Under the pieces are notes generated by a model. It was not told the DNA's origin and did not search any database. It worked only from the letters and a program-made list of their open reading frames with translations. This document shows positions 7,711 through 16,582 of a stretch of 36,869 bases of DNA, piece by piece. Every line of letters starts with the position of its first letter. Position 1 is the stretch's first letter. Made by a program: the position numbers and the translations under genes. The DNA comes from a virus (lineage: Duplodnaviria > Caudoviricetes), in IMG/VR virus record IMGVR_UViG_3300023314_000005, positions 1 to 36,869 of that record. One strand, written 5' to 3'.

Positions 7711-8226
7711 TTAAAATTTACTTACTCTTAATAATTCATTCCCAGTTTCATCTGTTTGAATAACAACATTAGGGTCACCATTGTTTAATAAAACAGTTCC
7801 TAAACTAGTTTTTAATGGTTTTCCGAATCCGGTTATTGCACCTGAAAAACTCATGAATTCTCCAACATTCTCTATACTGCTTAAGTTGTTTATATATCCA
7901 AATCCATAATCCACAATTGGGAATATTTTTCCCTGAATTTTCCATTCTACACGGGTTTTGCTTCTTTTTATATCTGTAAGCCTGTCGTATGAGGAAACAT
8001 TGAAATTACCACCTATTACAGTTGAATTTACTTGAATTCCAGAAAAGGAAATACTGTAAGATTGTAATAATGGTTTTGAAGTTGCCCAACCTTCACTATC
8101 TCTAGTAGTGGTATCAAGCATTTCTAAAGTATCATCAATATTATTCCCTGTCAAACAACCAACTGGCATATAAACACCATTGTATTTTATATATAAAATC
8201 CTATCTTGTCCGTTTACGAAATCCAT
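7711..8226 (-). CDS. Second tail-tube-fold protein (paralogue of 13126..13578), possible baseplate tube / tube initiator
   Basis: Colinear motifs shared with the major tail protein: ILY..PV.CLT.N, SY, V.WK, YG.G.I..L, EF..FS..I.G.G. Confidence 0.7.
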   Translation of the reverse strand: MDFVNGQDRILYIKYNGVYMPVGCLTGNNIDDTLEMLDTTTRDSEGWATSKPLLQSYSISFSGIQVNSTVIGGNFNVSSYDRLTDIKRSKTRVEWKIQGKIFPIVDYGFGYINNLSSIENVGEFMSFSGAITGFGKPLKTSLGTVLLNNGDPNVVIQTDETGNELLRVSKF

Positions 8227-8230
8227 ATTT

Positions 8231-8238
8231 CAAAAGTA
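8231..8238 (-). promoter_or_regulatory. -7 promoter element TACTTTTG, 4 nt before the ATG
   Basis: Matches TAnnTTTG in a short intergenic gap. Confidence 0.55.
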
Positions 8239-8249
8239 CAAAATTATTA

Positions 8250-10559
8250 TCAAACAATTGTAGGTTTTACAGTCTCTCCGTAATCTAAAGTTTTTTCATA
8301 CTTTATATCATAAAGTTCCGGGCAAAAAAGCTCTAACGATTTCATAGATAAAATATTATTAAATGTGTCGAATTTCCAAGATACAGGCATGAATACACCA
8401 TTTATATTATTTATTTCAATACAAGTAATATAGTTAATCAATCCATAAACATCACCCGAAAATATTCTTGATGGACGCTGCAGCATTCTTAATTCTTCTT
8501 CTGCTGAAATTCTCAATATTGGTTTTACTTCTGATCCCGTAAATTGTCTTCTATACCAAAAATCAGTTAATGTTTCCTGATTTTGCATGTAGTAAGCACC
8601 ATTATAAACATAGCTTCCACTATCACCATTGAAAACACTTTCATTGTCCTTTACATTGCTGGTTATAGGAGTTATTCTTGAAACTGTATGAAACTCACCA
8701 ACAACATTATCGCCTTGAAAAGCATTTACAAATTCTATGCTTTTAACTTCTACCAAAGGAGCTTCGCTTTGAGCACCTGAAAAAGGCACTTCCATAATTA
8801 TCTGCAATTTACCATCTTTAGGCAATCCCTGAGTTTTTATAGAAAAACTTCTTTCCCATGTTTTATCAATCAACATACCGTCATTTATCCCTTCTCCAAT
8901 ATCCCAGTTATATAAATTAAAACCTACATTTGACAAAGTCCAAATACCGTCTTTTGTCAAAGTATAAGAAGCCGATCCATCTGTAGGAACCAATACAACA
9001 CCAAAAAATACACTTGCCGTATATCCATAAGATTTAAATCTTGTCTTAAATTCAAAAGAGAATCCTTCGGGAACTTCATCACTCAAATCAGAAATTAACG
9101 CAATCTCTCTGTCAAATGGTAATTCCGAAGAGCCTCTGGCTGCTTTAAAGCTTATTCCAGTTGTTGACAATGGGTCAATTACTAAATATCCTGTATTTCT
9201 TGCTTCTGTCCAAGTTTGAACATCCCAACCTTCATATACTTTTGTTCCTGCGTCATGGGTTAAATTCCCGTTTTTTAGGAAACTTGCCAAAAAACCATAT
9301 TTATATCCAAGTCTAAAAGCAGATACAGCAGGCTTAATTTCAATTATTTGGTTTTTATTGCAATGGTGCGGATAAAAATTATCTTTATCACTGCCTAAAA
9401 CACGGCCTATATTTAGTTCATTTAATCCAATATAATTTCCGTCAATTTCATATCTTTTAAACAATGGATATTTATTTGTATAAAAATCACTTGGTTTATA
9501 AATCCACCATTGATTTAAATATTGTGTGATAACGCAATTAAAAATACTTAATTGAGACTCTAAAACCTCTTTACAGCTCATGAAAGTACTTTGATCTTCT
9601 TTTAAAAATCTTTCGACATTTACATAAGTTTCGGCAAAAGTATCTACTTCTAATCCATCTACAACCCCGTAATAAAATACATTGCAAAAAGTATTTATCT
9701 GTAAATCTAATCCGGTTCTTTTTAAGCAATTTCTAATAACGTCGAGCAAACTCATTTTACCTGTGAATTGTAAACCGTTTGTTTTAACAAAAGATAAATC
9801 TGCTAAATCTCCAAGCCTATCTGAGCATTCTAAATTTATGTTCCAAATAGAATCCGTGAATGATTCAAAAAACCCGTCTGGTTTAATAAATCCTTGAAAC
9901 ATTAAGGAGGCACCAATATAAAATTTTACCGTGAAATCGTTTTGGTTACCAAGATACAAATCTTCAAATTTGTTGTTTCCATCAGCTTCAATTGACAAAA
10001 ACATACCAGTACCTCGAAATATATCTAAGTGATCTTTTACCTCAGCTTTTTCAATTGTAACACGTCCGTTTATTTCTTTTGATGTTCCAATGAAGTTTTT
10101 TTGATAAATTTCACACTTATAATCAACACCCGTAATTCCTTTGTATTGAAAAAAATATTTAGGTGCTGTTGTTGGTGGCGTTACTTGGCTAAAAGTATTT
10201 ATTACAACATTATCGTTGTCTGAATTTATTTCAAAATTAATATTGCTATTAGTGACATAAAAACTTCTTAACCCGTCAGTATAAGGAATTTCATTATAAA
10301 TATTTATAGTATTAGACAGATATCCATTGTTATCTAAAAAAGCCTTTGTATTAATTAAAGTTTCAGTAATATCAGCACCTATTTTTATCCTGTATAAGGG
10401 ATTCGATAATACTTCAGAATCATTATTGGTATATTCAAAATCAACTTGGCTTAATCCGTTATTATAAACAACCGGGACATAATTAATTGTGCCGTAAAAA
10501 GTAATTCTGTTACCTTCTACCGGATTATTAATAAACGCTAAAATTATTCCTTGTGCCAT
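8250..10559 (-). CDS. Large tail tip / baseplate hub-like structural protein
   Basis: 769 aa directly after the tape measure gene; beta-rich; FQGFIKPD..E...LECSDRLGDL pattern resembles Bacteroidota siphophage tail proteins. Confidence 0.65.
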   Translation of the reverse strand: MAQGIILAFINNPVEGNRITFYGTINYVPVVYNNGLSQVDFEYTNNDSEVLSNPLYRIKIGADITETLINTKAFLDNNGYLSNTINIYNEIPYTDGLRSFYVTNSNINFEINSDNDNVVINTFSQVTPPTTAPKYFFQYKGITGVDYKCEIYQKNFIGTSKEINGRVTIEKAEVKDHLDIFRGTGMFLSIEADGNNKFEDLYLGNQNDFTVKFYIGASLMFQGFIKPDGFFESFTDSIWNINLECSDRLGDLADLSFVKTNGLQFTGKMSLLDVIRNCLKRTGLDLQINTFCNVFYYGVVDGLEVDTFAETYVNVERFLKEDQSTFMSCKEVLESQLSIFNCVITQYLNQWWIYKPSDFYTNKYPLFKRYEIDGNYIGLNELNIGRVLGSDKDNFYPHHCNKNQIIEIKPAVSAFRLGYKYGFLASFLKNGNLTHDAGTKVYEGWDVQTWTEARNTGYLVIDPLSTTGISFKAARGSSELPFDREIALISDLSDEVPEGFSFEFKTRFKSYGYTASVFFGVVLVPTDGSASYTLTKDGIWTLSNVGFNLYNWDIGEGINDGMLIDKTWERSFSIKTQGLPKDGKLQIIMEVPFSGAQSEAPLVEVKSIEFVNAFQGDNVVGEFHTVSRITPITSNVKDNESVFNGDSGSYVYNGAYYMQNQETLTDFWYRRQFTGSEVKPILRISAEEELRMLQRPSRIFSGDVYGLINYITCIEINNINGVFMPVSWKFDTFNNILSMKSLELFCPELYDIKYEKTLDYGETVKPTIV

Positions 10560-12448
10560 TATAAATTTATAGAGGTTCCTAATCGATTATTTTTGCCTAT
10601 TGTATTTGACAGCACGCCAAGTAATTTATCCCCGGTTATTTCAAAAACAACCGTTCCGGTGTTTGATGACGAATACCCACTTGCAGAACCATAATTTGAT
10701 GATGCAGGAGAACTATAAGATGCTCCGGTTGAAAAATCAGAAGCAACCCCTGTTGATCCACCAGAACCGCCGCTTGATCCCAAATTTTTAACGCTTCCTT
10801 TTACAGCACCTCCCAAAGCAATTAACGCGGCACCCGCAGCAATGGCGACATAAGGATTTAATGATTTTAAAGCGGTTTTAATTGCCAAAATACCAATCCC
10901 GGTAGTTATTGCCATTTTACCTAATTCAACCAAAACACCACCTAAAGTAGATAATAATGATTTTCCAACAGCAGCAACTACGTTCCCTCCTGTCGCAAAA
11001 GCCTCTCCAATTGCTTCTGATAATCCTGCTAATGATTGAACAATTCCTCCTTGAATTATTTCATTCATTTTTTTATTGAAATCCTGAAGCCTAAGCAATG
11101 CTTCTTGTCCTGAAGTTTCAAAATAACCAGGTATTCTTTTTAAGCTCGTAGCAATTTCCCCATCAGGACTGCTAACTCCATAAATATCTTTAGAAATCTT
11201 TTTAATCTGTTGGCTTAGTACTACCAATCCATCTAATCCTGTTTGTGTTATTGCGACATCTATTCCCTGAACTTGTGGCGTATCATATACTTTTTTAGCT
11301 GATTTTTCCTTTGTGTAATCAAGTTTAATTTGAGCAGCGGTTTGTTTATTTAAACTATTGGTTAATCTATCCTGATCATAAATGTTTTTTCGTAAATCAA
11401 CTCCTAAATCCTGAAGCGTTACAGAGTAATTATAAGCAGCCAAAGCTGTTTTTTCTGCTTTGCTTAATCCATTTGCACGACCTTGCGCCAATTCTTTTTC
11501 AAGGTCAATTTCGCCTCTTAATTGCTTATTCAAAATTACGGCTGCATCAAACGCTTCTTGCTTAGTAAGTTTGTATAATTTGAACTGAGCGCCTATCGAA
11601 TTATTTATTTGACTTTGAATTTTTTCTTCCTCCTCGGCAAGTTTTACAATTCTATCAGTTAAAGCTGCTGCCTTTGCTTTTGCAATTAATGCAGCTGTTA
11701 CTTCACGAACTGTTTTTGCCACCTCACCATTTAAAATCTGTTCTTTTGTTAAGTTTCCAAAGTATGCCGGATATTCATCTTGAAGTTTTTTAACAGCAAT
11801 TAATCTATCTTCCATTGACAGATTGATATTCTTAGCTGCAGCCACGTATGCTCCTACACTTGAAATTTGAGCCTGAGCGTTTTTAGCGGTTTCGGCATTC
11901 AAATCCTGCATGTCTCTGCGAGCTTGATCGAATGTACCAGATAGTTTATTGAAAACATCTGCTACTGTTAGACCTTTCTGAGACATGTAAGTCAATGCAG
12001 AAGTTACCAAAGAAACAGCCAACAAAATACCGCCAGTACCCATTATAGACGAAGCAACAGCTTTTAAAGCACTTCCTGCGCTTCCGGTTTCTTTGACTAA
12101 GTATGAAAATGATTCTGCCGTTGCAGTAATATTGTTTCCAATGCCCATAATCCCAAACGGTGCATCCTGAGCAATACGAGAAAACTGCATTAATGCATTA
12201 CCTCCGTTGGCAACTTTGGGCGCAAAATCTTTTTGAAAGGTCATTCCTGCATCTTTGGCAGTAGATTTTAGGTCATTAAGTGTCTTTTTAGCGTCTTTTA
12301 TGTGTGCATCGAGTTCTTTGGTATCTAAACCTAATTTAATATTAATAGCTTTTTCATTAGCAAGTTCCTGAATATCATTTTCGACTTCCTGAATCTTTCT
12401 TTGAAATTCTTTTATGTCAGCTCCGACGGTTACTTCTAATCCTGCCAT
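10559..12448 (-). CDS. Tape measure protein
   Basis: Ala/Gly-rich and helical; QFSRIAQDAPFGIMGIGNNI motif; hydrophobic segments; follows the tail chaperones. Confidence 0.85.
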   Translation of the reverse strand: MAGLEVTVGADIKEFQRKIQEVENDIQELANEKAINIKLGLDTKELDAHIKDAKKTLNDLKSTAKDAGMTFQKDFAPKVANGGNALMQFSRIAQDAPFGIMGIGNNITATAESFSYLVKETGSAGSALKAVASSIMGTGGILLAVSLVTSALTYMSQKGLTVADVFNKLSGTFDQARRDMQDLNAETAKNAQAQISSVGAYVAAAKNINLSMEDRLIAVKKLQDEYPAYFGNLTKEQILNGEVAKTVREVTAALIAKAKAAALTDRIVKLAEEEEKIQSQINNSIGAQFKLYKLTKQEAFDAAVILNKQLRGEIDLEKELAQGRANGLSKAEKTALAAYNYSVTLQDLGVDLRKNIYDQDRLTNSLNKQTAAQIKLDYTKEKSAKKVYDTPQVQGIDVAITQTGLDGLVVLSQQIKKISKDIYGVSSPDGEIATSLKRIPGYFETSGQEALLRLQDFNKKMNEIIQGGIVQSLAGLSEAIGEAFATGGNVVAAVGKSLLSTLGGVLVELGKMAITTGIGILAIKTALKSLNPYVAIAAGAALIALGGAVKGSVKNLGSSGGSGGSTGVASDFSTGASYSSPASSNYGSASGYSSSNTGTVVFEITGDKLLGVLSNTIGKNNRLGTSINL

Positions 12449-12803
12449 TATTTGCTATTTAATTGTTTAAAATATTCTTCTGATACTTCTAAGAATCTTT
12501 TCTTTTGAGCTTCTGAAATCACGCCTGAATTTTGTTTTTTATCCAAGCCTAACGGCATGAATTTTTCTAATGAAGGCATTGCCTTTTTTCTATGAAAAGA
12601 ACTTGCTTCAATATGCCATGCTAATATACGAACTTTTTCCCATTCTCGTTCTTGCAATCTGTTCCAAGCAAATAGGCGAATCTGAAACTCTGCAAATGAC
12701 ATGTCATAAACACGTTTCATTGAAGAAATCCCAAGTTCGCCTATTGCAAATGAAATAACGTCTTTTTTCCAGTCTATTTTTTCGGCTTCGTCACTTTTTT
12801 TTT
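12448..12803 (-). CDS. Tail assembly chaperone, frameshifted (gpT-like) segment
   Basis: The -1 frame opens at the A9 run and reads KKSDEAEKIDWKKDVISFAIGELGISSMKRVYDMSFAEF..., continuing into ORF 12448..12720. Confidence 0.8.
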
Positions 12804-13121
12804 ATCATTTACAGGAACATCTTTTGATAAAGAATCTAAGAATGATTTTAAAAATGACTGAGCAAAATCGCCTAATACACCGCCATTTTCATCAATCAAT
12901 TCATCAATATCATATAAATCAAAATCAACTTGTTGGCGGCTTCTTTTTACTGAATATAAACGGGAATAGTACATTAAATAACGATAAATAGAAACGTCAC
13001 CTGATTCTATTTTTTCACCAATTTGCACCAAATCCCATCCCATATTTTCGATTAGTTCCGTTAAAAAACCAATACCGAAATGGAACTCTTTGTCTAATAA
13101 TATTACTTTGTTTTGTACCAT
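12774..13121 (-). CDS. Tail assembly chaperone (gpG-like)
   Basis: Between tail tube and tape measure; slippery A9 run near the 3' end. Confidence 0.8.
   Translation of the reverse strand: MVQNKVILLDKEFHFGIGFLTELIENMGWDLVQIGEKIESGDVSIYRYLMYYSRLYSVKRSRQQVDFDLYDIDELIDENGGVLGDFAQSFLKSFLDSLSKDVPVNDKKKVTKPKK
12795..12803 (-). other. Programmed -1 ribosomal frameshift slippery site (A AAA AAA)
   Basis: GAT AAA AAA AAA GTG in frame 0; the -1 frame is TAA AAA AAA AGT and stays open to 12448. Confidence 0.8.
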
Positions 13122-13125
13122 AAAT

Positions 13126-13578
13126 TTAAGCTAGTGGATCTGTAGTAACAATTGCTCCTGATCCATCAATTGTTAATGAAAAAGTTGCAAATTCATCACC
13201 TGTTGGAGCTTCTAAGCCTAATGAAGTGATGATACCTGTACCATAATAAGCCAACGCTGTTCCTCCTGTACCTGATCCTGAATCCATTTTCCAGTTAACA
13301 GTTGTTTTTGCTTGCTGAACACTTAAAAGGTAATCATGTGAAGCTTTTGTGTCATCACCTCCAACACTTGTAGTATCTATTGCAATTGCATCAGCTGTTA
13401 ACGTATAAGAGAAAACACCTGCTTGTTTTTCAATAACTCCTGGAGCGCATTTAGTTTGAGATTCTATAATACCCAATTCAGTATCTAATGAATTTGATGT
13501 TAAACATGCAACAGGACGATATAAATCCCCATCATGCACATAAAGGATAAGTCCTTCGCCTTTTATTTTATCTGCCAT
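13126..13578 (-). CDS. Major tail tube protein (TP901-1-like family)
   Basis: IKGEGLILY..PVACLTSNSL, YYGTGIITSL, FATFSLTIDGSG; position after the tail completion gene. Confidence 0.85.
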   Translation of the reverse strand: MADKIKGEGLILYVHDGDLYRPVACLTSNSLDTELGIIESQTKCAPGVIEKQAGVFSYTLTADAIAIDTTSVGGDDTKASHDYLLSVQQAKTTVNWKMDSGSGTGGTALAYYGTGIITSLGLEAPTGDEFATFSLTIDGSGAIVTTDPLA

Positions 13579-13584
13579 TGTCTT

Positions 13585-14016
13585 TTATTTTAAAGTTAAA
13601 TTAAGCCTTAAGAATGATCTAAATATATTTTCACTATCCGTGACAGTTTCCAATGATGTTTCGTATTCAATGTTTTGTGTAACATTTGTAAATCCAGCAA
13701 CCGCTATTTTAGGATTTAATAAATCCATAACAGCCTGTTCAATGTCGTTTAATAGCAATCGACTTCCTGTGTTCCCAGAACTTGAATAGCGCGTATAAAT
13801 CTCAATTAATAATGAACATTGCCATTCGTACTCACATTTAGTATTTTTCAATACATCTTTATCCTGAGTGGTCATTAAAATATATTCAGTCAAATTTGAA
13901 TTACCAGTTACACGGCTATCAAACGTTTTAATAATCTTTGAATTAACCACAATATTATTTGTTAAGTCAAAAACTACTTTACGGATATATTTGTCTGGAT
14001 TTACATTAACTGCCAT
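13585..14016 (-). CDS. Tail completion / terminator protein
   Basis: 143 aa; synteny between the HK97 gp10-like gene and the tail tube. Confidence 0.65.
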   Translation of the reverse strand: MAVNVNPDKYIRKVVFDLTNNIVVNSKIIKTFDSRVTGNSNLTEYILMTTQDKDVLKNTKCEYEWQCSLLIEIYTRYSSSGNTGSRLLLNDIEQAVMDLLNPKIAVAGFTNVTQNIEYETSLETVTDSENIFRSFLRLNLTLK

Positions 14017-14020
14017 ATGT

Positions 14021-14028
14021 CAAAGATA
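14021..14028 (-). promoter_or_regulatory. -7 promoter element TATCTTTG, 4 nt before the ATG
   Basis: Matches TAnnTTTG in a 13-nt intergenic gap. Confidence 0.55.
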
Positions 14029-14029
14029 A

Positions 14030-14551
14030 TCAAATTTTCTTATTCTGTGACTTTAATAATTTTTCTAAATTAAGTATTAAGTCTTTTTCGCCTTTCTTGT
14101 ATGCCGGATATAAAAATGGCTGAGGATTAACGCCTGCGCCCAATATTTTAGCCAAAATAGGATATGCTGCTTTTTCGTCAATTCCTTTAGATCTACACCA
14201 AACTTTAATAGCTTCTAATGCGTCTTTCCAAGTTCCTTTGCCTTTGCCTTGAAATTGTTTGGCCATTTCTGCAAACTCTGCAGGAACTTTTACTTTTGCC
14301 CCAGTGCCGAATTCCATATACGCGCCATAAATTTCATTTACAGTAACTTTCCATGTTAGGTTTTTAACCTTTGAATGTGATATTGATTGAGCCAATTTAC
14401 CAAAATTCTTAGGAGCCAATTTCTTTGCATCACCTTCTATTTGTATTGCTGTCGCTTCAATTTCTGCATTTATTTGCTTTTCGGTTGCTTTTCCGAATTG
14501 TCGTATCTTTGCTACAGTTTCGTTTATTCCTTTAACTCCCTTGCTCGCCAT
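14030..14551 (-). CDS. HK97 gp10-like tail/neck component
   Basis: AKKLAPKNFGKLAQSI, YGAYMEFGT and PQPFLYPAY motifs; start placed at ATG 14551. Confidence 0.85.
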   Translation of the reverse strand: MASKGVKGINETVAKIRQFGKATEKQINAEIEATAIQIEGDAKKLAPKNFGKLAQSISHSKVKNLTWKVTVNEIYGAYMEFGTGAKVKVPAEFAEMAKQFQGKGKGTWKDALEAIKVWCRSKGIDEKAAYPILAKILGAGVNPQPFLYPAYKKGEKDLILNLEKLLKSQNKKI

Positions 14552-14867
14552 TTGCAATAATATTTAATTCTCTGAACAATTCATCATTGTATCTAATATC
14601 ATTTACAACACGTTTAACACCTTTGTATTCAATAGCCAAATTATCAATATTTTCAGGAGTTAATTTTGGCGTTGCACGAATATTAAACGACCAATTATCT
14701 TTTATGTCTGATTTACCTATCTGAGTATCACGAAAAGCAGAATTTTGCTTTATTTCAGCCCAAAATGAGCCTATTAAAACTTCTGTTACAGTATTGCCCC
14801 CGTAACCATCAGGAACGTTAGTTGTACTGTAAATATTAATTCTTTTATCGTATTGTCTTGCTAGCAT
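14532..14867 (-). CDS. Head closure (head-tail joining) protein
   Basis: RINIY...DGYGG...WAEI motif (SPP1 gp16-like); ATG 14867 is coupled (TAATG) to the upstream stop. Confidence 0.8.
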   Translation of the reverse strand: MLARQYDKRINIYSTTNVPDGYGGNTVTEVLIGSFWAEIKQNSAFRDTQIGKSDIKDNWSFNIRATPKLTPENIDNLAIEYKGVKRVVNDIRYNDELFRELNIIANGEQGS

Positions 14868-15058
14868 TAGATTAAGTCTATTTGGTTTTTTACTTCTTCC
14901 CAAAAATAAAAAGGTACAGAATCTCCACTATCTAATCCTTGAATTAATTCAACTGAAAACTTAGCGCACTCTTTCGCGTAATCAATTCCATAATTATCAT
15001 TCGTTAACATCAAAAAACCGTTAACTATTTCTCTTGCTTTTAACGCTTCATCTTCCAT
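14867..15058 (-). CDS. Small hypothetical protein inserted in the head-tail operon
   Basis: 63 aa; KA.E.V..F, AKECA...V, FWEEVKNQI; similar to part of 25479..25877. Confidence 0.65.
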   Translation of the reverse strand: MEDEALKAREIVNGFLMLTNDNYGIDYAKECAKFSVELIQGLDSGDSVPFYFWEEVKNQIDLI

Positions 15059-15060
15059 AA

Positions 15061-15510
15061 TTATATAAATCTTTTTTCAACATCCAACGCTTCAGTTACA
15101 CTAATCGGTATCATTTGGCTATTAACTTGCTTTTCTGATTCGTAATACCATACTTTAATAATCTGCAAAGCCGATTGAATAAAAATATCAGGAACTTCCG
15201 ACGGTGTTGCATAACCTACATTCAATTCTACTGTTTTATCGTTTGGATAAACAGTATACATTGTTCTGAGCAATCCCCACGGTGCAGGATCTGTTACAAT
15301 CGAGTTTATAGGATAGTCATAAACCTTCACTTGACAAACTCCGTTATAAACAACATTACGGGCGTACATTAAATGATTTGTACGCTTCTCTACATAACGC
15401 AAAGATGCATTAATCATTGATGTTATTTCCGCATCATCTTCTGTTAAATCAGAATCAATACGCAAATAGTTCTTTGCACGTTCAAGTGTAATTACATCGA
15501 TGTAAGCCAT
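15061..15510 (-). CDS. Head-tail connector (HK97 gp6-like adaptor)
   Basis: ITLERAKNYLRID...DD..I, VP..F.Q.AL..I..WYYE motifs. Confidence 0.88.
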   Translation of the reverse strand: MAYIDVITLERAKNYLRIDSDLTEDDAEITSMINASLRYVEKRTNHLMYARNVVYNGVCQVKVYDYPINSIVTDPAPWGLLRTMYTVYPNDKTVELNVGYATPSEVPDIFIQSALQIIKVWYYESEKQVNSQMIPISVTEALDVEKRFI

Positions 15511-15752
15511 TATAAATCCTTATTTAGTTTTTTTATTTCAGCATCAGCTTCTTCAGGTGTTTTTTTATAAACAATTCCCTTAGTACCTTCTTTTGATTTA
15601 GAATAAGGCTCTTTTAATTCCTTAGTATGCTTTTTATCCTTTGATTCTTCAGCAACTCCAACACGGACTAGATAACCACCTCGCTCAGTGGTTACTTCAA
15701 CAGTATCTCCTGCTGTATGATCCAAATGATCTTTTAATAGTTTGATTTTCAT
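15510..15752 (-). CDS. Small head-region protein with a ribosomal bL9 N-terminal-like motif
   Basis: MKIKLLKD...AGDTVEV....YLV..GVAE followed by a Lys/Glu-rich tail. Confidence 0.6.
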   Translation of the reverse strand: MKIKLLKDHLDHTAGDTVEVTTERGGYLVRVGVAEESKDKKHTKELKEPYSKSKEGTKGIVYKKTPEEADAEIKKLNKDL

Positions 15753-15772
15753 AGTAATGAATTTTATTATTC

Positions 15773-15780
15773 CAAAGATA
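15773..15780 (-). promoter_or_regulatory. -7 promoter element TATCTTTG restarting leftward transcription after the inserted cassette
   Basis: Matches TAnnTTTG 20 nt before ATG 15752. Confidence 0.6.
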
Positions 15781-15792
15781 GTAAAAATATTG

Positions 15793-15823
15793 TTTGCGTA
15801 TTTAAAAAAGTTTGTTACATTTG
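15793..15823 (+). promoter_or_regulatory. Full Bacteroidota sigma-A promoter (TTTG-N19-TACATTTG) for the plus-strand cassette
   Basis: TTTG at 15793-15796, 19-nt spacer, TACATTTG at 15816-15823. Confidence 0.75.
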
Positions 15824-15828
15824 TTATT

Positions 15829-15890
15829 CGCTACAACTAAAAACATAAATAAAACGTCATTCTTTGTAGCGAGGGGTGGCGTTTTTATTA
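15829..15890 (+). promoter_or_regulatory. Structured 5' leader: terminator-like hairpin whose loop is complementary to the transcript 5' end
   Basis: Stem 15851-15864 / 15872-15885, loop TGTAGCG; CGCTACAA (15829-15836) is the reverse complement of TTGTAGCG (15864-15871). Confidence 0.6.
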
Positions 15891-15905
15891 TTTAAATAAA
15901 TTTAC

Positions 15906-16220
15906 ATGAAGAAAGCAACAGTAAGGGTAAAAGATGGCTATTTATGTGTTTATATGCCAAGCGGTGAAATATTGCCTTGTCAAACAGATATAAAAATAGA
16001 AAATAACGTGGATCAGTTCAATCAAGCAACAGTAACAGTTTCTTTTATAGCGGATGTTAGCGTTATGAGTGATGAATATTTAGATAAAAATGAAGCTTTA
16101 TCGAAAGTAAATGAATTAAGCTTTAAATTAAAAGAATCTGGAAAAAGAGAGCTTTTGTGGAAAAAAGCATTCATTGAAGAGAATAAAAAGAAATGGTATC
16201 AAAAATTATTTAACTATTAA
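15906..16220 (+). CDS. Moron gene 1, hypothetical protein with an amphipathic-looking C-terminus (KKKWYQKLFNY)
   Basis: 104 aa ORF after its own promoter, in a gap with no minus-strand gene. Confidence 0.7.
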   Translation: MKKATVRVKDGYLCVYMPSGEILPCQTDIKIENNVDQFNQATVTVSFIADVSVMSDEYLDKNEALSKVNELSFKLKESGKRELLWKKAFIEENKKKWYQKLFNY

Positions 16221-16222
16221 TT

Positions 16223-16582
16223 ATGGAAGAACAAAACCCAATCGGCATTACATCAGCCGGATTTGAAGAAAAAGATGGTAAATATACAGCATTTGAGAAC
16301 GTACAGAAGCACGTTTATTTCGTTAATGAGATGAGTATTGAACGAACAAAAAGAAAGTTTATAGAGCGTTTTTTAAGACGTTTGCCAATAGAAGAAGTTG
16401 AAAAATTAGTCGGGTTCAAAATGGAAGATGTGGAACTTGAAGGACAATATACGGAGGGTAGTAAGTTTAGCGTTGAACTACCAAAATCTTGCAATCATTC
16501 TTTTGTATATGTTTCTGAAGAACCAGATAAAGATATTTCTTTAGCTTTTACTGAATGCTCAAAATGCAAATATAGACCATAA
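16223..16582 (+). CDS. Moron gene 2, hypothetical protein with a C-terminal CxH...CxxC zinc-ribbon-like motif
   Basis: 119 aa, 2 nt after gene 1, followed by a terminator. Confidence 0.7.
   Translation: MEEQNPIGITSAGFEEKDGKYTAFENVQKHVYFVNEMSIERTKRKFIERFLRRLPIEEVEKLVGFKMEDVELEGQYTEGSKFSVELPKSCNHSFVYVSEEPDKDISLAFTECSKCKYRP

Noticed and set aside
14868-14903. TTG-started extension of the head closure protein
   Set aside because: Overlaps the upstream gene; TAATG coupling supports ATG 14867
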